Assembly: GCF_964355755.1 (NCBI RefSeq) | Contig: NC_092677.1 | Span: 4,734,101-4,798,100, forward strand | Direction of reading: 5' to 3' | DNA from: Antedon mediterranea | Lineage: Eukaryota > Animalia > Echinodermata | DNA length: 64,000 bases | In this document: one piece after another, positions 1-10,984 of the stretch | Position numbering within the stretch: the first letter of the stretch is position 1 | Layout of the letters: every line of letters starts with the position of its first letter | Translations under genes and position numbers: made by a program | The notes under the pieces: generated by a model | Seen by the model: the letters and a program-made list of their open reading frames with translations, nothing else | Database searches by the model: none | Told to the model about the DNA's origin: nothing

Positions 1-2664
1 AGCAGGCATGACATATCCCTCGTCATCTTCAATATCCGAGTTTGCTGAAACTTTCAATTCTTGGTAGTGATGGTCTTGACATTCTCTCTGTTAATACAAT
101 AGATGGTATTTATTTAATCAAGTTTAGTTTTTGTGTGAAATAAGAAAATGTAAATGAACTGTAATTATTTGTTGAGTTTAAATTTTGTTACTTGAATTTA
201 CTCTCCACTTTTGAGATACATACTTCTTTATCAGACGTAGGCCTAACATATTCCTCGTCATCATTGTCAACATCAGTGTTTGCCGAAACTTGTAAATCTT
301 CATATTGGTGACTTTGACGTTCTATTTCTCTTACTTCTCTCTGTTAAACAATAGAGACGGTATTTTGTAGTAAACATACTTTTAAGGTCAATTTAAACAG
401 ACGAGCTTAACTTAAATTTTACCCGTATTCCTGTCCTGGATCTTTGTTTATTTGTCGTCCCGGTAACAGCAGACTCCATGGGTTCTTTCTTTAGCCATTT
501 GTAATCCTCAGAATTTGAAGAAAATTGCAATGCTTGATACTGAGACTTTTGGCACTTGGAAAGGATTTTTTTTATTTGTTTAACCTTATAAAAGAGAAAA
601 GTAACGATAACTCATAACAAATTACCTCCGCCAAAGTTATATTTTCACCCATGATTGTGTATGTTAATGTGTTTAATTTTCAAATCTCACCAAACTCGGA
701 GACAAAGATCTACAGGTATGACTAAAAGGTACAAAGTAACATGTTGAAATTGACCTCTGCATTCACCAGCATACACCAACACTCATACATTCAAACAATG
801 AACAAGCGCTGTATCCCAAATGTATCAAACCACCGTGTGCATAAAAAAATACTAAATGTTATCTTTTCGACCACTACAACCCTAAGTTAAAATATATATT
901 ATGCATTTTCTATAATCTAATTCTTTCTTGGTTAAATACATTTGATGACATGCTCTTAAGTCAAATTACCTGCGTTACAGTTCTCTAGAATAGCTGTATT
1001 ACTCATTTTTTCATTCTCTGCATAACATGTAAGACTTGACTGACATATCTCATCATTAATGCCCAAGGTTACTGAATTTTCTCCTTTTATAACCAATTCT
1101 CCATCTTGTAAGATCAATATTGTTGTTGAAAGTTTGGGATACCAACCATTTTTAGGTTTAAATGTCACAGTGATATCTAAACAAGTTAGAATAGAAATGT
1201 AGCTTATTAATTGTGGGACAACTCTCTGGAATTGAAAAACAAGTTGTATACCTGCTTGTATTCATTAAAAAACTGCTTATTTAAACCATCATAAAAAGCC
1301 TGATAAAGCTTCGGAAGGCAATTAAAATGTAGACAACCAATGCAAACAAACATTCTGAACCGTTTATCTTTTATCGAAAGCATCAAAAGCTTCGAATCAA
1401 TGCTTAATAGGTTGGCAGGACCAAGGAAGAGTGAAGTTGTAATCACTCTTACCTGGCAAAACATTTTAGGCCTATTGAAGATTGTACATTTACATACGGT
1501 ATATATCCAATTGTTTTTCAACACTTGTTTTAGCATCATCTCCTTTAAACTGATCACTTTCTGCTTTACATGTATATCTCCCACCGTCTTCTTCAGTAGC
1601 TGATTTAATCTTAAGAACTGACACTGTACTGTTATTTGTAATGTTTATATCTAGATGGGTTGATATTTATTCTGCATCCATCTTTATACCACGTTAGGTC
1701 AGGAATAGGGTCTCCATCAGGTTTACTGTATGTAAATGTTACTGTTTCGTTTTTGAAGGTATTGGATGCGGAAGCACGAATAAGAGGTTTCTCTAAGTCT
1801 GAGAAAACAGATGGAAGAGACTACAATATTAGAGATAGTATAATTGGTTGTTTGCCTAATGTCTAGCAGATTGTCTATTTAGTTATTGTGCGCATGATTT
1901 TTATAATCTGTTTAAACCATAAATTATTGTAGGTCTATTTAATGATTTTGGTACTCACAATACACAGTTAGAACAGAGGGATTAGATAAGTGATCTAATC
2001 CATATGTTGTTTGTATCTCGCACCGAAATCTTCACTGAGAATCATTTCTCGTTGGCTGTAACATCACCAAGTTAGCTCTCACAGATGTTATGTTCAATTT
2101 AAAACGACCATTTTCTAACACCTTATCATTAACAAAACCAGGAGTAGTGACTACGCCATCTTCATTTAATTCATCCCATTGTACTGTATTAGATGTAGTA
2201 GAAGTAAATTGTGAATAATCACAAGTTATCACCACTTCAGCATCACCTTCTTTAGCTATCTGGTCAGATGTTGTCACCGAATGACCATGTGATTCTAAAG
2301 ATAAGGATACTATACTTATTTATTCAGTAAAACATAGGATATTAATTATGGAAAACTATTGCAACCGGATTGAGCCTTTATATTTCAATTGCACTATTAT
2401 TGTATAGATATTTTTTTTAATTGTCTCTTAATAAGTTAAGTTGGAGATAACGTGTCTTGGTAGTAAAGGAAAGAATCAAGAAGTAGTAACAGGCGTCTAC
2501 TTGCGTCTTTTTTCGATTTAAAATGTCTTTGTCTTTTATTTAAACAGATACAAGTTTTAATGCATCTAGCATGCAGAACATATATATTATTACTTAAAAA
2601 CTACCAATAGGTAGGTTGTTACTAAATTGGTTTACCGAGTTTACAGCGGCAACCATAACACCAT
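1..2664 (-). pseudogene. IgSF ITAM-receptor paralogue 1, pseudogene (3' end runs off the window)
   Basis: Exons homologous to the intact paralogues: signal peptide 2636-2664 (deletion gives MVLWLPL*); V-Ig 1959-2294 (TGA at 2032-2034 where paralogues have Arg); I-Ig 1498-1798 (301 nt, +1 frameshift near 1645, B-strand Cys>Tyr); D3 970-1176 (first Cys deleted); no recognisable TM exon; ITAM exon 423-584 (YQALQFSSNSEDYKWL); Tyr-module exons 224-340 and 1-87. Confidence 0.85.
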
Positions 2665-2912
2665 ATCTGAAAAAAATTAAGGATTTTTACATTCAATAGA
2701 TTAATTAATATCTACCGTTGATGTTGTTATAATCAACACTTAGTTCATTCACGGCCTAAAAATGTCATTATATCAACATTTCTGTCGTTGTCTTGTTGTT
2801 GCCAACCTCACATCGCCATTGATAACGTAATAACCGTAATAAAAGAATGAGATGATTCTAAATCACCGACTTCTTCTGCGCATTTCGAAGTAATGGCAAC
2901 ATGCTCCTGCTC

Positions 2913-3094
2913 ATGAGACCAATTCAGACAGCTTCGTACGATGAGTCGTCTCGTCGGGAGAAAATAAACATGTTTGAATTTCTCCTGACACGCCGGGCAA
3001 GACGACTCGTCTCGTCGGGATTCAACTCAGACAGCACCGACGAGTCAAGAAGTTTCGTGGGGCCTCGTCGTACAACGCTGTCTGAGTTGGCCTT
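2913..3094. mobile_element. Palindromic MITE, possibly PIF/Harbinger-like
   Basis: Terminal inverted repeats of about 30 bp (gaccaattcagacagcttcgtacga / tcgtacaacgctgtctgagttggcc); GC-rich relative to flanks. Confidence 0.7.
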
Positions 3095-3757
3095 ACACGT
3101 TTACACATAAATATAATATATGGATTACAGTCATTGTCGAACACCAATCAACAAGGGCTTAAAAACTTTTATAAATTTTATTTAAATCATATTTATTACT
3201 CACCTCTATCTCTAGGCCTATACATGCTTATCAGCGTTTTCGATTTTTACGTATAAATAAGATATAAAGACAATATTTGATATATATGTAATTTATTTTT
3301 TCAGAACAATTGATGATGCTAAGAAGCTAAGCGTTAGTTTCAATTATGTTATATCTAAATCTACAAACTTCTTTGTACAGTACAGTAGACTCTCGAATCA
3401 GATTGACTGATGTCTTGTTCCCCGAAAACATGAAAAATGAAGATTAATATAAAAAAAATCAGACTTTCCATTTGGCATTTCAAATAAAGTTATTCACTTC
3501 CGTAGACAAAAAACGAACATAAATAATGATTTCACACAAAAAAACGGATAGGCCTATATTTCAGGTAAATAATTAGTGAATAAAAAATATGTGAAATTAA
3601 AATGGCATTTTCAACAAATCAATGTGTTTTAAATATATTTTCTAAGGAGACAATATGCCTATCTTTAATCAAAACTGTAGTAAAAATACAATAAATACGC
3701 AATTTTCCTTGCTAATTTAGTTTCTTTAAAGTTAAAATAAATGTACGTGAAAACGAC

Positions 3758-3955
3758 TTATGTATTCCGAATGTTAGAATAATGTGATTCTCCTCCTAAA
3801 ACGTTTCCCTTATTTGACAACGTACTGACAACACATTTCCCCTCACTTAGGTTCGGCTCTTCGTAAATGGCAAGACTTTCCGAATCTTTCACTTCTTGGT
3901 ATTGATTGTTACTTTCGATTTCTATTACCCGTCTCTGCACCCGTCTATGCGCCTG
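3758..3955 (-). other. Duplicate copy of the paralogue 2 terminal coding exon
   Basis: Nearly identical to 5852-6049, with acceptor and stop intact. Confidence 0.85.
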
Positions 3956-4181
3956 CTTGAAACAAATATGTATTTATATATTAACAATGATAAAGATATG
4001 CACACTGAATTTGTTATTAAAAGAATACCGTATATAAATAAAGAACATAAATATAGAAATAAAGATGCAACCTGTCCCGATCTATCATAGATAGGGAAAT
4101 GATAATATTTACATTCAATAGCATAAATTAATCTTGAAGTTCACATATATCATTGATGTAGTGTATGCCTTATCTGTTTCA

Positions 4182-4743
4182 CTATCATTAACAAAACCAG
4201 GAGTAGTGACTACGCCATCTTCATTTAATTCATCCCATTGTACTGTATTAGATGTAGTAGAAGTAAATTGTGAATAATAACAAGTTATCACCACTTCAGC
4301 ATCACCTTCTTTAGCTATCTGGTCAGATGTTGTCACCGAATGACCATGTGATTCTAAAGATAAGGATACTATACTTATTTATTCAGTAAAACATAGGATA
4401 TTAATTATGGAAAACTATTGCCAACCGGATTGAGCCTTTAAATTTCAATTGCACTATTATTGTATAGATATTTTTTTTAATTGTCTCTTAATAAGTTAAG
4501 TGTGAGATAACGTGTCTTGGTGGTAAAGGAAAGAATCAAAAAGTAGTAACAGGCGTCTACTTGTGTCTTTTTTCGATTTAAAATGTCTTTGTCTTTTATT
4601 TAAACAGATACAAGTTGTAATGCATCTAGCATGCAGAACATATATATATTATTACTTAAAAACTACCAATAGGTAGTGTGTTACTAAATCGGTTTACCGA
4701 GTAAAGAGTGTATAACAACTAACAGCGGCAACCATAACACCAT
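4182..4743 (-). pseudogene. Truncated duplicate of paralogue 1 5' end (intact SP exon plus half V exon)
   Basis: SP exon 4698-4743 encodes MVLWLPLLVVIHSLL. The V exon starting at 4353 breaks after PGFVND at the duplication junction. Confidence 0.85.
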
Positions 4744-4991
4744 ATCTGAAAAAAATAAGGATTTTTACATTCAATAGATTAATTAATATCTACCGTTGAT
4801 GTTGTTATAATCAACACTTAGTTCATTCACGGCCTAAAAATGTCATTATATCAACATTTCTGTCGTTGTCTTGTTGTTGCCAACCTCACATCGCCATTGA
4901 TAACCTAATAACCGTAATAAAAGAATGAGATGATTCTAAATCACCGACTTCTTCTGCGCATTTCGAAGTAATGGCAACATGCTCCTGCTCA

Positions 4992-5173
4992 TAAGACCAA
5001 TTCAGACAGCTTCGTACGACGAGTCGTCTCGTTGGGAGAAAATAAACATGTTTGAATTTCTCCCGACACACCAGGCAAGACGACTCGTCTCGTCGGAATT
5101 CAACTCAGACAGCACCGACGAGTCAAGAAGTTTCGTGGGGCCTCGTCGTACAACGCTGTCTGAGTTGGCCTTA
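4992..5173. mobile_element. Second copy of the palindromic MITE, carried by the tandem duplication
   Basis: Same TIRs, flanked by taa/tta. Confidence 0.7.
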
Positions 5174-5851
5174 CACGTTTACACATAAATATAATATATG
5201 GATTACAGTCATCGTCGAACACCAATCAACAAGGGCTTAAAAACTTATGATTTTATAAATTTTATTTAAATTATATTTATTACTCACCTCTATCTCTAGG
5301 CCTATACCTGCTTATCTGCGTTTTCGATTTGTACGTATAAATAAGATATAAAGACAATATTTGATATATATGTAATTTATTTTTTCAGAACAATTGATGA
5401 TGCTAAAAAGCTAAGCGTTAGTTTCAATTATGTTATATCTAAATCTACAAACTTCTTTGTACAGTACAGTAGACTCTCGAATCAGATCGACTGATTTGTT
5501 GTTCCCCGAAAACATGAAAAATGAAGATTAATAATAAAAAAAATCAGACTTTCCATTTGGCATTTCAAATAAAGTTATTCACTTCCGTAGACAAACGAAC
5601 ATAAATAATGATTTTACTTATGAAAATACAATAAAAAACGGCTAGGCCTATATTTCAGGTAAATAATTAGTGAATAAAAAATATGTGAAATTAAAATGGC
5701 ATTTTTAACAAAACAATGTGTTTTAAATATATTTTCTAAGGAGACAATATGCCTATCTTTAATCAAAACTGTAGTAAAAATACAATAAATACGCAATTTT
5801 CCTTGCTAATTTATTTTCTTTAAAGTTAAAATAAATGTACGTGAAAACGAC

Positions 5852-8800
5852 TTATGTATTCCGAATGTTAGAATAATGTGATTCTCCTCCTAAAACGTTT
5901 CCCTTATTTGACAACGTACTGACAACACATTTCCCCTCACTTAGGTTCGGCTCTTCGTAAATGGCAGCACTTTCCGAATCTTTCACTTCTTGATATTGAT
6001 TGTTACTTTCGATTTCTATTACCCGTCTCTGCACCCGACGATGCGCCTGCTTGAAACAAATATGTATTTATATATTAACAATGATAAAGATATGCACACT
6101 GAATTTGTTACTAAAGGAATACCGTATTAATAAAAACATAAATATAGAAATAAAGATGCAACCTGTCCCGATCTATCATAGGGATAACCGGTATGGTTCA
6201 CTAAAATATTTATATTTCTAGTTTCTGTAGAAGCAACCACACGTTTTATTATCAGTGTTGCTTCTGATCACACATCTTTGTTTATGGAGGACGTAAGCGT
6301 AACGTAAAGCTCTGTCTATTCTAACAAACTTCATGTGACAACAAAATGTGATGTACCCTTATGGACACGATGATGTCATATCACTACCATATTTGAGCAT
6401 ATCACTACCATATTTGGGCACATCACATATTTTTTGCCAAACTAGTTTGATGGCGTAGATAGAGCTTAAGTGATTTGACCAATCACAAGCGATGGATTAT
6501 TCCAACTTTCGCTTGTCTTTGATCATGCGTTGCGTCTAAACAAAAGAAGTTAAACGAGGGTTAATCAAAGATTACATGAAATAGTAGTTTATTGGTACCT
6601 CGTGTTCTTTAGAAGATGCTTTACGTGACGTAGTTCTGGCCCTGCGTCCATCATTTACTGAAGTATCTTTGCTGAGTTCTTGGTAAACACCAGAACCACT
6701 TGATGCAAACTGCAGTGCTTGATACTGAGAATGTTGACATTTTGATTTCATTTCTCGTATTCGTCTTTCCTAAAGAAACAATAGCAAGATACCATTGGGT
6801 GACATTCTATTTGAAATATTAATATTAGATATTTATACATTTAGTATGGTTTTTAAATCATGTGACTGTGTACAAATCCTAAAATAATGGGTTTAAATAG
6901 CGACTCTATTATAGACCACACCAAGATTGTACTCGTGTGAATAGGCTTAAGAAGAATATAAATATGAGACTTAACGACCTTCCTATATGTTGTAATTGTC
7001 GAAACGAAATAATTAAAATACTAATTTAAATCACATTAAAGGAAATAATAAAGACAACATTTTAATAATCTGACCTACTGTATGTTGGTACCGTATATAA
7101 TAAGATCTTTAAACAAATTAATTCCTCCCGTATTATCTGTATTTTAAATTTATAATCAATTACATTTGTTAAATGTCGTTAAATTATATGTCTGTGTGTT
7201 CGTAGAGTTTATACTTACATAAATATAACGGGTTGTAATAAAGGTAGGAACAGAGCCGAGGAAAAGCGCAGTTACTATAATTGCTACAGTTAGTACTGTA
7301 AATGTTGGACACGATTCACCTGGAAATATAATAATTGTCAACATATGAATACTATTATTACAATGTTCAGGCCATACCCTCCCCTATGTCAAAATCTTCA
7401 CCCGCCACCCTGCTATGCTTGTTATACACCAAATAGAAACATAGCTTGCAATTATTGTATTGGTGATTTGATAAGAAAACTTTATGTTACATTGATCATA
7501 GTTCATAGATTTATTTGTTATTATTTCCAATCGATTAAAAGACCTCTTTTACATCCCAAACAATGCTCGTGTGCGTGGTCCTACTTTTAAAACAAGAAAT
7601 TAAATAAAATAAACTATACGCTATGCATACTGGACAATTATATCAAGGCCTATACCTGCTTTACAGTTCAAAAGTGTTGCTGTTTTATTTAGCTTTCCAT
7701 TCTCTGCATAACATGTAAGATTTGGTTTACATATCTCATCATTAATTTCTATAGTTGCTGTATTTTCTCCTTTCTCAACCACTTCTCCATCTTGTAATAT
7801 CAATATTGATAATGGCTTGGGATGGCCCTCTGCTGTACATGTTGCAATACCATCTTCATATGTAAAAGTAACATGAATAGCTAAAAAAAAAAAAAATAAT
7901 ACAATCAGCATTATAGGCTACGGTTGATGCAACTCGATTCGTAATGACCATTTGTTTTTAGCATTTGGGTAAAATAAATTAGCTTTTTAAGAAGAATTGT
8001 AGAGGGAGGAGGGGTGAAAGCGGAGTGGTGGTGATGATGATGGTAGTGGTGAGTACGGGAGGGAGTTTATAAATGTTTATTTTACATACTATAAACAAGT
8101 ATGTTCATCTGTTTTCCAACACTTGTTTTAGCATCCTCTCCTTTAAACTGATCACTTTCTGCTTTACATGTATAATTCCCACCATCTTCTTCAGTAGCTG
8201 ATATAATCTTAAGAACTGACTCTGTACTGTTATTTGCAATCTCATATCTAGAAGGGTTGTTGGTGTTGACTGTCTGTCCATCTTTATACCAAGTAATGTA
8301 AGGAATAGGATCACCATAAGTTTTACTACAGGTAAAAGTCACTGATTGACCTTCGTATACAGTGCTTTCTGAGGTAGAAAGAAGTGGTTGATCTAAATCT
8401 GAAGAAAAATAATACGATAGATTACTGTGCTTGCTACATTCAACGATGTTGTGTCGAGATCTGTGATCATCAACAAGAAAACTAAAAACGTAAGATCCTT
8501 TTGCAGATTCTTCGCTATTTTAGAAAATTGTTGTTATATAATAAGTTATTGAAATTGAATCTGTGTTACTCACAGTATACAGTTAGAATAGATAGATTTG
8601 ATCTTGCAATATATCCATCTGTTGTTCGTATCACACACCTAAATATTCGTTGAGAATCATTTCTCATTGGCTGTGACATCACCAAGTCAGCTTTCCCAGG
8701 TTTTATGTTTAATTTAAAACGTACATTTTGTATCTTCTTATCATCTACAAGGTTTATTTTAGATCTATCTTTATACAGTTCATCCCATTGTATTTGAGGT

Positions 8801-9272
8801 GTAGTACTAGTAGTAATTACTTGTGAATAATCACAAGTTATCACCACTTCAGCATCACCCTCCTTGGCTGTCTGGTCAGATGTTGTCACTAATTGGCATC
8901 GTGATTCTATAAAGAGTATCAAACGTCTAGTCTTTATTAGACAGTAATAGGCTATTAATTGAAAACTGTATATAAGTTGTTTTTTTTTTAAACTTCAATT
9001 GAAATTATTTATGAATTCATTCATATATTTAAAAAAATATATTTTGAGATAAAGTTTCTTGATAAAGCAATAATCATACATAACAACATTAAAACGTCCA
9101 CGTGTTCTTTTTTTGGATTTAACATTCATTTGTCTGTAATTTTAAACAGATACAAATTATAATGCCTTTATCAGACCATATTCTATCGCTTAAAAACTAT
9201 CATTAGTTAGTACTGAATTAGTTTACCGAATAAAGAGTGTATAACAATTAACAGCACCAACCATACAGTCAT
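5852..9272 (-). CDS. IgSF type I membrane receptor paralogue 2 (SP-V-I-short Ig-TM-ITAM-like-tail), about 460 aa
   Basis: Seven phase-compatible GT-AG exons: 9227-9272 (MTVWLVLLIVIHSLF), 8574-8906 (V), 8090-8398 (I-type), 7656-7880 (D3), 7219-7319 (TM), 6599-6769 (YQALQFASSGSGVYQEL), 5852-6049 (ends SHYSNIRNT*). Frame open throughout. Confidence 0.85.
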
Positions 9273-10984
9273 ATCTGAGGGAAAATAATAATATTTACAT
9301 TAAATAGGCTTAATTAATCTTTAAGTTCTTATCTATCATGGATGTAGTGTATGCCTTATCTGTTTCACTATTTCACTATCAATAGGCCTAAACAAAAATA
9401 AATACAACAGGTATCAGCATCGTCGTTTTTGTCTTCCGCGGCTCACGTAATAATTTCACTACGGTAACTTATCATCATTGATAACGTCTTTAAAAATATA
9501 AATGTCGACAACGCGCTCCTCCGTTCCTCTTTCACATAAACAAAATTTAGATTACAATTTTTCATTAGAAACCAATCAATAAGCGCCTAAAACCATTATT
9601 ACTATTTGAAATTATTTCACCTGAGTTCTACGTGCCATCATAATTAAACCAGTCGACTACTTTAATCGAATTTCAAAGAGTTTTTCAAAGTTAACAAGTA
9701 TTTTTATCGTCATCGTCATCATCAATCACCATCAGTTTATCAACGTTATTATCAAGATAGCAATCATAATCAAATCACACCTTTTGTTATTTGCTGATCC
9801 CTTTGTCGTCAACATCAGAATGTTATTATGGTCATATTGTAAATTACATTAATTACTCACCTCTATCTCTGTATACTAGTCCTGCATGTCTGCGTTTTAA
9901 CTTTTTACGTAATAAGTTAATAATTACATATACAATCTTTGATATGTAATTTATTTGTTTCGATCTCGTGAAGAAGATAGTTTCAATTATGCTATATCGT
10001 ATTATCACTGATTTGATTTAATTGGTTACCACACAAAAATAACAACTTTTGTAAACAGTAAACAATAATAGTCTTTATTTATCAAGTCATTTTAATCTTG
10101 CTTTGAAACTAACATTTATGAGACAGGTTACTAAGTTCGATCACATAACTCGTTTCCATATATTATATATATATTTCTTCTACCCGAAAAGAGTATTGTT
10201 ATAAGTTTATTGCTTAAATAGTAGATGGAAAAGAAACTCACTCCACAATTATTGTTGATGGTCTATATACTTGGGTAGGCCTGCGATTCTACAACATGCT
10301 TCTGCTTATGTATTATATTTTATACAGCAATATGTGTGTTATGAAATGATAAATACTATAAATAAACTTTATTTCAGCAATAAACACCAACAACTAAAAA
10401 GTTATATACCTTTAACATTACAGTCTTTAAAAATGTCTCTCCATATAAAACATTTGTATACAAAAGGGATCTCATTGGCTAATTTGAACTATCCCTTTGG
10501 CTTTACTGTTTGTGCTTATATTAAATAAAAATCGTGTAGCACAAAAATAATCCTATATTATGAAACACAAGGGAACTATTGATTGGTTATTATTATATAT
10601 ATATATATTATATATATATATTTTTTTGCTGTACATGGCCTTTAAACTACGCAAGAAAAACAGTACAATTGAGAATAAACTACTTATGTCTACCTATTTT
10701 ACAATACTCTAATTCCATTAGTAGGCCTAGTCTATAGATGATAATAACGAGAATAAACAAAACATATTTTATACATAAATTACGCTTAAGCAGCTTTCAA
10801 TTGTTATTGTACTGTAGTCCTATATTATACTTTTGTTTTCGTTATGACTCTCATATAATTGGATACACTCTCGATTAGAGCAAGGTTGCATTTCCTAGTT
10901 TAGCATCTATTTTATGTTTTTGTTATTAATTTCAGTCGTGCAGAATAATATAACAATTTGTGTTTGTATTTATTAAGTTATATT

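Larger units (their letters stand above)
2122..6181. repeat. Recent 2.1-kb tandem duplication (about 2122-4090 and 4182-6181)
   Basis: Near-identical copies at an offset of about 2060-2090 nt. Each holds part of the V exon, the SP exon, a MITE and the terminal exon of paralogue 2 (duplicate ORFs 3758-3940 and 5852-6034). Confidence 0.95.

Noticed and set aside
2901-3110. Duplicated 69-aa ORF (also 4979-5188)
   Set aside because: Open only because it spans a GC-rich palindromic MITE; duplicated passively.
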